From NCBI RefSeq assembly GCF_004010195.1, contig NC_057718.1, positions 36,130,501-36,194,500 on the forward strand: DNA of 64,000 bases. Direction: 5' to 3'. Positions 38,401 to 52,051 of the stretch are shown here, piece by piece (positions within the stretch are counted from its first letter, which is position 1; each line of letters starts with the position of its first letter). This DNA comes from Chiloscyllium plagiosum (taxonomy: Eukaryota). The notes beneath the pieces were generated by a model. The model saw nothing but the letters and a program-made list of their open reading frames with translations, was not told the origin of the DNA and did no database searches. The position numbers and the translations under genes were made by a program.

Positions 38401-39344
38401 TTCTCTCAGAAACACACTTTTGATCTTGCCAGTTCATTATGGGACACTCTGTGGGTTTATAGCTGTTTTCATTCTATCTGCTTGTGCGTGAAAATATATG
38501 TCAGATCCAGGATGAACAATCAGCTGCTTCCTTCAATCTCAAATAAACCTATTCTCCAGAATGCACTGAATCATTTCCCCATCTCCGTTCAATCATTATC
38601 GCAGTTGGCAGTAATGTCTGGTGAGGTTTTTTTTTAAAATTCAACATTAATTTTAAAGACAGGGCTTTCAGAAGGATGCTTTCTTCCTTTTATAGTCTGG
38701 CAAGGTTATCAAGGTTATGGTTTAACACGTTGTATGCTATGCATATTGCAAACTAAATGTAGCACTGTAACATTTCATAAACTGTCCAGAAATGTCACGT
38801 CAATAAAAATTATTGAATATTATTCAAAATTACAGTCATAAGATGCCAGGTATTAAACTACTAAATAGGACACTGTATAATAGACTGAAGTTAGGTTATT
38901 TCACAAACCACAAGGCTAAACCTCAAAGCAGTTCACTGAGATGATCCGATTCCTAAGGTGTTTTACATCCTTGAAATAAGATGGTTATAATTATGTTGGT
39001 AGTTTTATAACTCAAGTTCACACAAGCAGTTTTACTGTGTTGTCGGCAAAATTTCAGAACAAGCTTCCACATTCAATTCATTTGGTTTGATATTAAAGAT
39101 TTATTTAACCAGATGTTACAGTCAAGTTCAAAATCCTGTACTAATCATAGATCAATTATTTTAACTGTGTAACTCTTTCCTACCACTCAGTTCACTAACA
39201 TCTTGCATCTTTTGTTACATTATAAGTAGAATGTGTTCATCAGACTGTCATTATTGAATCAGGATAGTTTGGAACATTGGGAAGCCAGTTTTTCAAAACA
39301 GTTCATCAAATATAGTGTGATATAAAGGCTAGTCAAGGATTCAT

Positions 39345-40223
39345 TTAAAAGTCAAACAATACCAGGTTATTTGGAAGCATTGACTTTCAGAGCGTTGTTC
39401 CTTCAAGTGGGGCAGGATCATAAGACACAGAATTTATAGCAAAAGATCACAGTATTGTGTAATTAAAACATTATATTGAACAAACCTAGATTGCTGTCAA
39501 GTCTGTCATCTTTTAGAATGGGTTGCAGGTTTCCATTTATTAATATGTAAATCCCAGAATATCTTCCAAGTCATATTCTCGAGATAACTTAAGATTTTAT
39601 TTTAAAGAGTGAGATTTCAGTTCAGACAATGTATTTAAGGTACCAGGTTAGAGTCTGTCTATATCCCAATCTTGAGTCAGACTGGTTCTATTTCCAAAAT
39701 AGGAATTTATAAAATGTCACATGGATTGACTGCCTGCAGGTTATGTGCTGTTGAGCAAAACTAGAATGTATTGGCAAATACAATTCTGCAAATGCAAATT
39801 CACCCAATAGACTTATAAGTGTGTGCATGTGAGGGAGAGAGAGTGTGTGAGTGTGTGCATGTGTGTGAGTGTGAGTGCACATGAGAGAGTGTGTGTTTGC
39901 ATGTGCGCATGCTTGGTAGAGTGTGTGCGTGAGGGTGATGGAGTTAGCTCAAGAGCGTGACTTAAAAGAAGTTCTGGGTCTTACATATTAATGAATTGAA
40001 ACCCGCAACCCATTCTAAAAGATGAAAGACTTAGCATCAATCCAGGTTTGTTCAATATTTTGTTTTAATTGCATATATTCTGTGTCTTATGATCCTGCCC
40101 CACTTGTTACCTGATGAAGGAGCAGCACTCTGAAAACTAATGCTTCCAAATAAACCTGTTGGTCTATAACCTGGTATTGTGTGATTTTTAACGTTGTACA
40201 CCCCAGTCCAACACCTCCACATC
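39345..40223. mobile_element. PLE-type family B inverted-repeat insertion with internal (TG/AG)n tract
   Basis: Antisense arm from 39345, sense arm about 39947-40223 with extra tail; near-TSD aaggattcatt/aagaaatcatt. Confidence 0.82.
39819..39935. repeat. Degenerate (TG)n/(AG)n microsatellite
   Basis: gtgtgtgcatgtgagggagagagagtgtgtgag... Confidence 0.9.
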
Positions 40224-40526
40224 AAGAAATCATTGGTATTGTGGTCTGAAGAACATATACGGTTAGTAGTGAAAAATAATGATTCACTCAAACTTTGAAA
40301 TAGCAGTAGAACATGAAGAATTATACTTCCTTAGGAACATCTTTCTTCATGTGCATTCTGTTTGAAGGTCAGTCCTTGGCCTATTGCTTGCTTGTGTTTT
40401 GTTCTGAGCTGATTTTCTGTCAGTGGTGGTTTGCAATTGCTTTCTACTCTCAGGGACAGAGCAGATTCCAAGCCTACCTCACCTGAGATGGGTCTGGGAC
40501 CCATGCTGTTGGTGTTATTCTGAACC

Positions 40527-40724
40527 GTGTCAAAACGTGTGGTGCTGGAAAAGCACAGCCGGTCAGGCAGCATCCGAGGAGCAGGACAGTCGATGTTTTG
40601 AGCATAGCTTATGCGCGAAATGTCGACTTTCCTGTTCCGCGGATGCTGACTAACTGGTTGTGCTTTTCCAGCACCACACTTTTTGACTCTGATTTCCAAC
40701 ATCTGCAGTCCTCACTTTCTCCTA
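40527..40724. mobile_element. PLE family A fold-back insertion (older), 13-bp TSD
   Basis: gttattctgaacc at 40514-40526 and 40725-40737; centre gcatagcttatgc. Confidence 0.92.
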
Positions 40725-41149
40725 GTTATTCTGAACCATACTAATTATCTAACTGAGATAACCAGGCCTCCTGGGGAAAATCTATGATTGTTCATTACTG
40801 GGAGAAAAAACATTTGTGAACTTCAAGCCAATTGCTTTAACAGTAGATAAAAAACATTTTTTTTAGGAAAAACACCCAGGGCTATGACATCAGTATAATG
40901 GCAACAAAATATTTCAATGTTTACCTGAAAAATCTGATATTCAGCAGTAAACAACACAAACTACCTGGTTCTGATCTAAAACCAAGCATGCTAGTTTGTA
41001 AAATATGTGAGGCATGGCACAATTCTTTTGTTAAAAGCTGGAAGATTCTGATACACTAATTTTTTACATAATTATAATCTGTCTGGTCTTTTAAAACTGA
41101 ATTCTAAGTCAACTGAATTCATTGTTAAAATGATTAACAATGTTCTCTT

Positions 41150-43296
41150 AAATCTGCTGGTGAGTCTAGGGATCGATGAAACCTGATTACCGATGCTGGA
41201 ATCGAGGTCTGACCAGTATGGGAATGAGACCTGACCCCACGATGACCTGATATCAAGGACGACCAACCAGACTGATTGCAAGACCCCATGGCCACGACTG
41301 GTGCTCAGAACCCTATCAGATGCATTCAGTTACCTTGTGGAGAAGCTGACTTCACTCACCCACATCTGGGATCGACTACAAGCAGCCATCTACCCAGGAA
41401 ACGTGAGAGGTGGGTGAGACTGAAACTCCAAGGGTTCAAGCCCCCATCCCCAACATTCTCCTGGCAAACGTTCATTGTGAACAAAATGGATGAACTAAAA
41501 GCTGGATTCACTTTCCAAAGGGAATTGAGAGAACTGTTGTGTGTTTTGCTTTACAAAGACATGGCTCACTCCTGTTTCACCAGACTGTGCCTTACAACCT
41601 GACGGTTTCTCAATGCACCGAATGGACCACTCAGCATCCTTGGGCCAGGCAAGGGGCACAGGGGTCTGCCTCCTGATCAACACCTTTTGGTTCTCAGACG
41701 TGGCAATCCTGGTAAGTCACTGCTCCCTGGACCTCAAATATCTAAAAGTGACATGTCATCCATTCTATCTGCCACGCGAGTTCACCTCCACTATTCGCAC
41801 AGTGGTCTACATCGGACTGGATGAGGAGTGAAGAGTATACTTGATGAAGTATACAACACTACAAAGAGTCTTGAGATGGAATATCCCGAAGCCTTGTTTG
41901 TCATAGCCAGTGACTTCAACCAGGCCAACCTTAAGAATATGCTGCCAAAGTTCCATCAACCCATCTCCTGTCAACATCAGAAGTCTGAACATTCTTTACC
42001 ATTGCTGTACAACCATCAAAGATGCCTACTGTTCCGTTCCCCATCTGCATTTTTGAAAATCAGACCACAACGCTGTGTTCCTCCTCCAGCATATGAGCAG
42101 AAAGTGAAGTGTGAGGACTCAGTACAGAAAGTGGTGCAGAGTCAGTCTGAGGAATGGATGGGCAGCTCAGTGTCAGTGGGCTAGTCCATATTCAAGAACT
42201 CAGTGATCAACCTAAACGAGTATGCCACTACCATTATGGACTTCATTAGTAAGTGTATAGAAGACTGTATGCTGAAGAAGTTAACCTGAATGTCCCCCAA
42301 CCAGAAATCATGGATGAATTGGGAGATCCATTCCTCACTGAAATCCAGGTCTAAGGCATACAAATTGAGCAACTCTAACCTATACAGGAAATCCAGGTGT
42401 GAGCTTCACAAGGCCATTAGAGATGCCAAGAGGCAATACCAAACTAAGCTTGAGACCCAGACCAATCACATGGACACTTTCAGTTACATATGGGGAGCAG
42501 AGACCTGGAGTTTGGAGATGATTTGCTTGGAATTACGGTGTTGAAGACGGAGCTGTAGTCAATGAGTACGAGCTTGTTATCCAGATGTTCCAGGGATGAG
42601 TGTAGGTGTCCAGGAATTGGAGTGGAGAGCACATCACTGTCTGCATCAATGGTGCTGAGGTGGAGATAGTCAAGAGCGTCAAGTTTCTGTGAGTGATGAT
42701 CACCAGCAATCTGACCTGGTCCACCCGCATTGACATGATGGTCTGGAAAACACAACAACAACTCTACTTCCTCAGGATGCTAAGGAAATTCAGGAAGTCC
42801 ATAAAAACTCTTATAAATTTTTGTAGATGACCCATAGAAAGCAGTCTATCTGGGTGGATCACAGCTTGGTATGGCAATTACTCTTCCCATGACTGAAAGA
42901 AACTACAGAGAGTTGTGAACACAGCCCAGTCCATCACGTAAACCAGCCTCCCATCCACTCGCTCTTATCGACACTTCCTGCTACCTCGGGAAAGCAACTA
43001 AAACAATCAAGGACCCCTCCCACCCTGGTTCTACTCTCTTCCATCAAGAAGATATATAAGTTTGAGTATACGGACAAACAGATTCAAAAACAGTTCCTTC
43101 CCTGCTGTAATCAGCCTTTTGAATGGACCTCTTTAATGTTAATGTTAATGTTGATCTCTCTGCACCTTCTCTGTTGCTGTCACATTGCATTCTGCACTCT
43201 GTTGTGTTACCCTGGTGCATTTGTATAGTACGAGTTGTTTGTGAAGCACATAAGATATTACCTTTTGCTGCACCTTGATACATGTGACTCTAATAA
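41150..43296 (+). mobile_element. Rex1/Babar LINE with internal deletion and inversion
   Basis: ILLANV, CFTKTWL, SDFNQANLK, PNQKSWMN; RT piece IDYSSVFNTV on the minus strand; (AAATC)n tail. Confidence 0.88.
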
Positions 43297-43742
43297 ATCA
43301 AATCAAATCAAATCAACAGGGGATAAAGTCTTCAGCACCTGTGGTAACTCCTGTGTGCTTTCCTGCACTTAAGGTAATTGATAACACTTGATTGATGCAT
43401 GGAAAGTGCCTACAGTTACTTTAATTGCTATAATTAGTAATATATTTTAGAGAGAGATACACAGACACACTGGACCAAGCATCCAATGTTTGATTTTGTA
43501 AGTTATCTATAAGAGTTACAGCTCTCTTGGGCACTGCTGTTTAAATTTTCTCGCTGAATAAAGGCCCTTTGTATTTACAGTCAAGTAAGTAACACGTTTG
43601 TGTTCCAAACTCAAATCTACTGTGAAGAGGCACAGGAAGATAATTTTATCTGCACTCAAATCATCACATTAAAGTTGATCTGATCTCCAAGATTCAGAGA
43701 AGTAGTAGAATACCGGGCAAATGGTATAAAATAAGGCAGTAA

Positions 43743-44059
43743 GGGTAGCATGGTGGCTCAGTGGTTAGCAGTTCAACTCCAGCCTTGGGCGACTGTCTGT
43801 GTGGAGTTTGCACATTCTGTGTGGGTTTCCTCCAGATGCTCTGGTTTCCTCCCAAAATCCAAAGATGTGCAGGTCAGGTGAACTGGCCATGCTAAATTGC
43901 CCATAGTGTTCAGGGATGTGTAGGTTTGATGCATTAGTCAGGGGTAAATATAGGATAATAGGGTAGGGGAATGGGTCTGGGTGGGTTACTCTTTGGAGGG
44001 TTGGTGTGGACTTGTTGGGCTGAAGGGCCTGTTTCCACACTGTAGGAATTCTATGATTC
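43743..44059 (+). mobile_element. HE1-type V-SINE
   Basis: Head, V-domain and tail. Confidence 0.9.
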
Positions 44060-47000
44060 CTGATTCAATGAAAACTGCCAAAGATTGAGAGCAAAGTATT
44101 TGTGCCAAGAGTAAGTTGTTAATTTTTGGATTTTATGTTTAATATTACAGTAATGTGTTTCTCCTGATATTTGAGAAGCAATGCTGTTGCAGTAGTTGTT
44201 AGTGTCAGCTGATGTGGAGGAGATGGTCATTTCTGTGGATTCACTATCAGTCTGAATATGTTATATTTGTTCTCATAATGTAGGTGGCTCCAGCAAAACT
44301 GAAGATTTTGTCCAGCCCATGTTGGCCTGAGTGGGTGGTGGTGATGGGCACTTTCCTTGAACTGCAGCAGCTATTATGTAGTTGGAGCTCCCACGGCTGT
44401 ATTGTAATGCAAACATAAAAACTGTACTTCTGATTGACTTGGCAATGTAACAATTTACAATAATATTCTTCACCAGCCACATGTTCAAAACACACATGGA
44501 CTTTTTCAAGCCTCCGAGGACTTTCTTATGGATGTCATAAAAGTGAAAAAATTATATTCAACCTTAATTTTCCAGGAAATCTAAACCTTTGGTGTGTATA
44601 AATAACAAACGAGGAAACATTCGGGTTTATAATATCACTGACCTGCGAATATTGCATGGGATATTAATTTGTAAGAATGAGAAGAGCAAAAAAATTGCAG
44701 AACTAAGGAGGAGCAAAAATGAGTAGAAATAATTCTGCAACCTAATGCTCCAAGTGGGAAATATTGCTTGCAAGACATACAACCTGGGAAATCATAGGCA
44801 CACTGCCTATGATTTCCCAAGATGCATTCCATGTGAGTGCTAGTTTTCAGTGGAAGCTCCAGACTGCAGATTAATCTATAGTAAGAGACAGAAATAGAAA
44901 TGAACCAAGACAGAGAAAAACAAAAGTGGAAGAGGTTAGAGAGAGATTGCAGCAAAATAAAGATAGATTGATTACTAGGCTTGTGCGATTTATTGTTTTA
45001 ATGACATTTGACATTTTATCTTGACTAATCCAGGATTTTATCCTAGATGTGGCAAGGAGAAATAAGAGCCTTAGTCCTGGAGCTTGCTGTTAGACATCGT
45101 CAGGATTGAGGTCACAGGGATCAGAGGACTTCAATCCAGGTTAATTAAAAGGAGAGAGGAAATTTATCCCTGAGGGGTGTGATACACACAGCAAGCAAGC
45201 TTCAGATTCAGCGGTCATTGCTTCTGGTTTAGAAAGGGGACAATGTGACGAGCTAAGAGTGTTTTCAAATGCTTTCGTTATTATAAAATTGTAGAATTGG
45301 TGAAAACAAACATAGGTGGGCTCAGCATTTAAATCACATGGCTGGTGATCTGCCATACAATCTGACAGAAGGTAAGTTAAGAATGGTTGATGTGATAATT
45401 CTGCATTGTGGATTGAGTCTTTGTGGCCCATCTGCTGAACATAGGGAGAGCCAGCTGAATGTTTCAGAGAAACTGGGAGCCAATAATAAAAAAAAATCAT
45501 TGGAACATAGAAACATGAGTGATTCATTTAGCTCCTTAAGTCTGTTTTACTACCATTCAAAGGAATCCTGACTAAACTCTCACCTCAATGTTCTTGTTTA
45601 TCTTTGGCTGTCATCCCTTAAAACCTTTGATTAACAAATATCAGTAAATCTGACATAACTCTCAATTTTCTGAAGAGAATTCCAAACTTCTACCACCTTT
45701 ATCAAAGTTGAAAAAAATGTGCTCTCTCTCTCTCTCTGCAGGCCATGTTCCACTGGTTACAACATAAATTTAAATTTAAATGCTTTTCCCAGTTACTGAT
45801 ATGGCTAATTATGCACTCTAATTCAAACAAATTAGAGTAAAATATTCATCAACCAGGCTTCTTTAATAAACAAAATTATTGATTTATAATAAAAGTGAGA
45901 CTTTTTTTCACAAGAATACAAAGTTGATTAACACAGTTTGAAATATGAAGGTAAAATAAAGACTGTAAGCATGCAGACACAGATAACAATTAGAAATTTC
46001 TGGTCAGTTTGACCAGAATGTGGTACTTTATTTAACTCTTGACAGATTTGGTCAGCCTTCATTTGAGAAGATTTTTTGAATAGTTAATTTGAATTATCCA
46101 AATCACCAAAGACAGTTTCATATCTGTCTATGACACAAATCTGATCTCCAATAATAGAACTTTTCAGCTACTGCTTGGGTTACTGCATATGGAGTAAAAA
46201 ACTCTGGAATATTTTCCTGCAACCATGTTACCTTTTTTGACATCACTTATTAACCTTTCATGTCTACTGGAGAAACTATTACTTCATTTCCCAGGTGTAA
46301 GTCAACTCCATCTACAAGAACACAATGGACAATCCCCACCATTACCATTCCAGAATTTAAGTCTGAATCCAGATGCATCTGATACAAAGTTACTACCCAT
46401 ACCAATACCATTTGCTAAATCTCAGACATTCAAATGTTTGCTGGGGAAAAGTTATGTCTTCTCCAGTAACAGTTTGATTGGCTCCTGTATCCTTAAGAGT
46501 AACAACAGGTCTACCTGCCTCATTTGAGGGATGAGGACTTACATTTCTTTTCACCACAAATGCTTTGCAGCTCTCGGGTATGTTATTCACCAACTCTACC
46601 TCCACAGTGATTTTTCTACATGACCTCACTGCTGCAATCAGAGCTACAACTTAGTCAGTCACAGTCTCAATTGTGGCTTCTTATTCTGCACTGACCTTAT
46701 GTACCCTCAATACACAAGACCCAAAGGTTTACTCTACAAGTTCTAGTGATCTGCATGAGTGTGTCCCACTTTGTGGCAATAGAGAGGTATGGGCATCACT
46801 TTCGCACTCAGCACCTTCCTTTCTGGCCTGAGGAGGAGACATTTTCTGCTGCCTCTTCTTGCCTTGGCCACTTGTCTTTCTCTTGCCCTTCCATCTTTTA
46901 TCTTTCTCAGAGATGAGGTGGTGACAATAAAGTATTTGGATTTGCAGACAAGCTTGTAATCATCAACCATCTCAACTGCCTTTCTGACTCTAAAAATACT

Positions 47001-48149
47001 CTTGATTCTCTTTGTAGATTATTACTAATTAGGAGAATGTATTTTTTTTCCCGGAAAACTAATTTCTCTTTGCATGGCCATTATCTTTAGTTTCTGCATC
47101 CAATAATCAAAGTTAATTTGCTTGACTGTCTCTGGAAGTTCAGAAATGTCTGCCTCAGAGATTAACCCTTAAGAAGTGTGAATTTTCCCCATTTCAGAAT
47201 CTGCAGAAGCAGCCTGAGAAACATGACATAAACAACAGGATCTCTGACAGTCAGCTTACTTTGCATGAACAGTGTCCAGTTTTCTTTTGGCCATCTCGTT
47301 TGTTTAGCCATCTTTTCAAAAGAAATGAAAAATGCCTATTTTACCAAACTTGGGAGGTCTTGCACAAATTGAAACAGCTCCCTATTGATATTGGGCTGAA
47401 ATTAGAGCTGTCCTCACCAGAATTTCTTTTAGAGTCAGAACCATCCTTTTTTCTTGTTTCAACTTTTGAAATTGGGCAAGTCTTTACAATCCCTTTCTGT
47501 CCCTGGCCTCTCTTCCCATTTCCTGGCTTTAACTTCTTAAGTGCTCTTTTTTGTCTGCTCTTCCTTTCTTTCAAGCATCCTTTCCTCTTTCTTTCTTGCT
47601 CTCTGAAATTCTAGCTCAAACTTTATTCTGTTCAATGGAATCTCTCCAGCTTAACCTCATCTTCTCCTGATGCCATTCATCACTTTTGGCTCTATTCCTT
47701 TAATCTTCAGCTTTCTGGTTGCTTGTATCTGAATTTCTTGTTTCCTAGCTCTTAGTCTATATCTAACTGCAAATGCAGAGGACAATTCCTACAAACTATT
47801 CATTTTGCCAGACAAACTTAATTAAATATTAAATGTAACTACTTTGAAAATATAAACTTATTCAAAGACACAAGAAATCTGGAGGCTTTCCTTTGTACTT
47901 GTCAATTTTTATTGCACTTCTAGCTTTGAGTGCTACCACAAGCTGCCAGTTCTATGTTATGTAGGAGGTTGGTAGAATATACTCTCTCTCTCTCATCCTA
48001 CCGCACTACTGGCTCCAATCCGAATTTAAATGCTTTACCCAATGACCAGTGTAGCCAATTATGTATTTCCACTTAGATATAGAATAAAAAGGTCTATGCT
48101 TCAACAAACAACATTATTATTTAATTAGAAAAATAAAACTTACTTGACA

Positions 48150-48509
48150 AAGAGGTTTATAAAATCATGAGGGGCTTGGATAGGATAAATAGACAAAGTC
48201 TTTTCCCTGGGGTAGGGAAGGCCAGCACTACAGGACATAGGTTTAGGGTGAGAGGGGAAAGATATAAAAGAGACATAAGGGGCAACTTTTTCACGTAGAG
48301 GGTGGTATGTGTATGGAATGAGCTGCCAGAGGAAGTGGTGGAAGCTGGTACAATTGCAACATTTGGATGGGTATATGAATAGGAAGGGTTTAGAGGGATA
48401 TGGGCTGGGTGCTGGCAGGTGGGACTAGATTGGGTTGGGATATCTGGTCTGCATGGATGAGTTGGACCGAAGGGTCTGTTTCCATGCTATACATCTCTAT
48501 GACTCTATG
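48150..48509 (+). mobile_element. CR1 3' fragment
   Basis: Matches 3090-3457; (ctctatga)n tail. Confidence 0.92.
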
Positions 48510-48553
48510 ATAAAAAGTGAGGCTATTTAACGTGCAGTATGAAATAACCGCGT

Positions 48554-48867
48554 GGGCGGCACGGTGGCACAATGGTTAGCACTGCTGCCTCACAGCGCCT
48601 GAGACCCGGGTTCAATTCCCGCCTCAGGCGACTGACTGTGTGGAGTTTGCACGTTCTCCCCGTGTCTGCGTGGGTTTCCTCCGGGTGCTCCGGTTTCCTC
48701 CCACAGTCCAAAAGATGTGCAGGGTCAGGTGAATTGGCCACGCTAAATTGCCCGTAGTGTTAGGTAAGGGGTAAATGTAGGGGTATGGGTGGGTTTCGCT
48801 TCGGCGGGTCGGTGTGGACTTGTTGGGCCGAAGGGCCTGTTTCCACACTGTAATGTAATGTAATGTA
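48554..48867 (+). mobile_element. HE1-type V-SINE, full length, young
   Basis: A-box tggcacaatgg, B-box ggttcaattcc, V-domain, (TAATG)n tail, CpG-rich. Confidence 0.96.
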
Positions 48868-49614
48868 AAACCACTTACCCTTCTAAATAAGCCTTCCCAC
48901 ATGTGCGCATTCACATCAATTAAAGAAAATAAAAGATCTTTCTCTGCAAAGATTAATATTGAAGAACAAGATTTTGGCCAATAATTGTTATTTCTTGAAG
49001 GAAGAATGGATAAGTAAAGAAATATTCACAATGGCTTTCAGTGGCATTCTGTCACCCATCGATTGCTTTTACTAAACCCAGGCAGTTGTCAATGGAACCT
49101 TTGTAGTTGCAGTTCTCTCAGGAATCTTTGAGCAGAGCTCATTCTGGGGCTTTTCAATAGAACATCTGGATCAATGTTTCTGTTACCACAATAGACCTAC
49201 AAAACTTTTTTTATAGAAAGGCATAAAATGAGCTGGGTAGCTACTCTCTCTCTGAACAGACTGTACCTGACCAGAACTGCCAACAATATCAACACTGCTA
49301 CAATTGTTGATAGCCACAAACTCAGACAATAAATCCAGCTTTTTCCTGAAAACACATGAATGTCATGAAGTCATGACTGTCACTAAATCCAGTAGTCTTC
49401 AACCTTGGCTGTTTACTTAGCTAAACCATGTGATTTCTAATCAACGGTTTGAAATATTTTGTATCACTATCCCTTCAAGGAGCTATTTAAAATAAAAACA
49501 GACAGTTTCTCAGCATCACAAATGCATCATTGTCCACAATCTTTTAAACATGAATCCTCAAAAGCAAAGTAATGAAGCGTTTTCATTACTTTTTCATATT
49601 TTTTCCTCAAGACG

Positions 49615-51478
49615 GATAAAATTGCTGGACAAAAGCAGCAAGCCTGAGGAGTAGAAGAATTTTAGAATTCAACAAAAGATGACAAAAACTGGATCAAAAA
49701 GGAAAAAAAAAATTGAGTATGAGAGTAAAATTGTAGGGAATACAAAAACTGACCAAACAAGTTACCATAAATACGTGAAGAGAAAAAGAGTAATAAATAC
49801 AAATGGAGGTCCCTTCCAGCCAGAAGCCAAGGAAATTATAATGGAGAACAAAGAAATGGAATAAAAATTGAACATTTTCTTTGATAAGGTGGGCATATAT
49901 AACCTCCATGCAATGTTAGGGAACCAAAGATCAAGTGAGAAGGAGGAACTGAAGGAAGTTGTATTAGTGCATAAATGGTGCTCGGGAAATAAATACGGTT
50001 AAAGACTAATAAATTACCATGGCCTGATAATCTACATTCCAGAATGCTAAAGGAAATGGCCCTGGAAATATTTGGTGCATTGGTGGTCGACTGCAAACAT
50101 TCTATAGACTCTGGAGCAATTCCTACAGATTGGAGGGTGGCAATTTAAAGAAAGAGGGGTGAAAAACAGCAAAGTTCAAAGCAGTTAGCCTAACATGAAT
50201 GGTGGGAAAAGTTATAGAGTATATTGTAAAAAAGGTGATGAAAGAACACATGGAAAGCATTAATGGGATCAGGCAAAGCTAGCACAGGTTTATGAAAGGC
50301 AAAGCATGTTAACAAATCTTCTGGAGGATGTAACTCATAGAACAGAAATGGCAGAACCAGTGGCTGTGGAGTATTTGAGTTTTCAAAAGGCATTATGTAA
50401 GGTTGCACACAAGAGGTTAGTGGGCAAAATTAAAACACATGGGTCAGTGGTAATATATTGGCATGAACTGAGAATTGTTGCCCAACAGGAAACCGGAAGT
50501 GGGAACAAATGTGACTATTTGCCACTCTCCAGGTGGCAGGCAGTGACTAATCGGGTACTGCAAGGATCAGTGCTTAGACAAAATTATTCACAATACATAT
50601 AAATATCCTGGATGGGTGAAGCAAATGCAACATTTTCAAGTTTGCTGATGGCAGAAAACTGCATGGAATTGTGAGTTATGAGGTGGATTAGTGGTGATTT
50701 AGACAAGCTGAATGAGTGAGTAAACACATGCACAGATGCAGCACAACATGGTACATCTGACATTATACACTTTGATTTGAAAACCAGAAAGGCAGAAAAT
50801 TATTTAAATGGTGTTATAATTGGGAAATGTGGATGTACAAAAGAAGCTGAGTATCCCCTAACACAAGTCAATGAAGGTAGACAGGCAGGTGCAGCAAACA
50901 ATTAAGGCAGCAAATAGCATTTTGGTCTTCATTACAAGATGATTTGAATTCAGAAGTAGAAATGTCTTATTTCAGTTATACAGGGCCTTGGTGAGACTAC
51001 ACCTGGAGCTTTGCCTGCAATTTAGTCTGCCATAAAAGGTACAATTGCCATAGAGGGTGTGCAGTGCAGGTTTAAAGGGCTGATATTGTGGATGGCAGGA
51101 CTGTCAAATGAAAGATGAGAGGTGATCCGTTTAAAGTATATAACATTCTCATGGCTGGACAGAATATTTGGGGGGGGGGGGGGGGGAGGTGGGGAGCGGT
51201 GAAGTTCTCCCTGGTTTGGGAGTCTAATATCAATGGTCACAGTCTCGCAAGGCAGGCAATTTAGGACTGAGATGGAGAAAAATGTCTTCACTCGAAGGGT
51301 AGCAAACACATGGAATTGTCTATCACAGATCATTGTGAAGGCTAAGAATTTGAATATATCAAAAAAAAGAGATTCATTTTTGTTTAGGCATTAAAGGGAT
51401 ATGGTGTTGAGATTAACAATCAGTCAATGGCAGAGATGGCTTAAAGATTGAATGGCCTACTCCTGCTCCTAGTTTCTA
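49615..51478 (+). mobile_element. Old CR1 ORF2 fragment
   Basis: KYVKRKRV, YLSFQKALCKVAH, VLQGSVL, tttgctgatggc; aatggcctactcctgctcct tail. Confidence 0.88.
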
Positions 51479-52051
51479 GATGTGAAATCCAGGACTGGAT
51501 TAGAAACCTTTTTCTGATAAATATACATTGCACTGCTTCCAAGGCGAACATATCTGTTCTTAGATGTGATGTCCAGAACTGCTCATGGTATTCCAAATAT
51601 GGTCTTACCTAGATTTCCATCACTATAATATAATTTCTGCTTCCACAAATTCCTCTCGGTATAAAGGCCAGCATTCCATTTGCATTTTAAATTATTTTAT
51701 ATACTCGCTCGTGACATTGTAAAGACCTATGTTTCCGGATCCATATATTTCCTTGGAACTCCATTGTTTCCAGCATGTTATCATCAACAAATCACCTTGC
51801 TTTTTTCATTTAAGCTAGCAGTGAACATAAAAATCCCATTAGCTCCATTTCCCCTTTTGCCTGTGGCTTTTGCTTGATTACTGTAAATCAATGAACTCCT
51901 CAGTGGATCATATTTCTGATTTCAGCTGTTTTGTTGATCAGATGAAAATAATATGATCTAAAAATGCTAAGAAATGAAAAATAACTCTGGAATTGAACAT
52001 GATATAATGAAAAGTTTGGCTATTTGACGACTATTGGATCTCTGATTGACT

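Larger units (their letters stand above)
45690..49590 (-). mobile_element. Decayed Ty3/Gypsy LTR element (gag-protease, pol largely lost); 5' LTR about 47955-49590 contains CR1 and HE1 insertions
   Basis: AFFISFEKMAKQTRWPKENWTL, VDDYKLV, YCHKVGH zinc knuckle, LKDTGANQT protease; related LTR sequence at about 45720-45900 and 47980-48140. Confidence 0.75.

Noticed and set aside
48554..48625. tRNA gene
   Set aside because: The A/B-box head runs straight into a V-domain and LINE tail, so it is a SINE.
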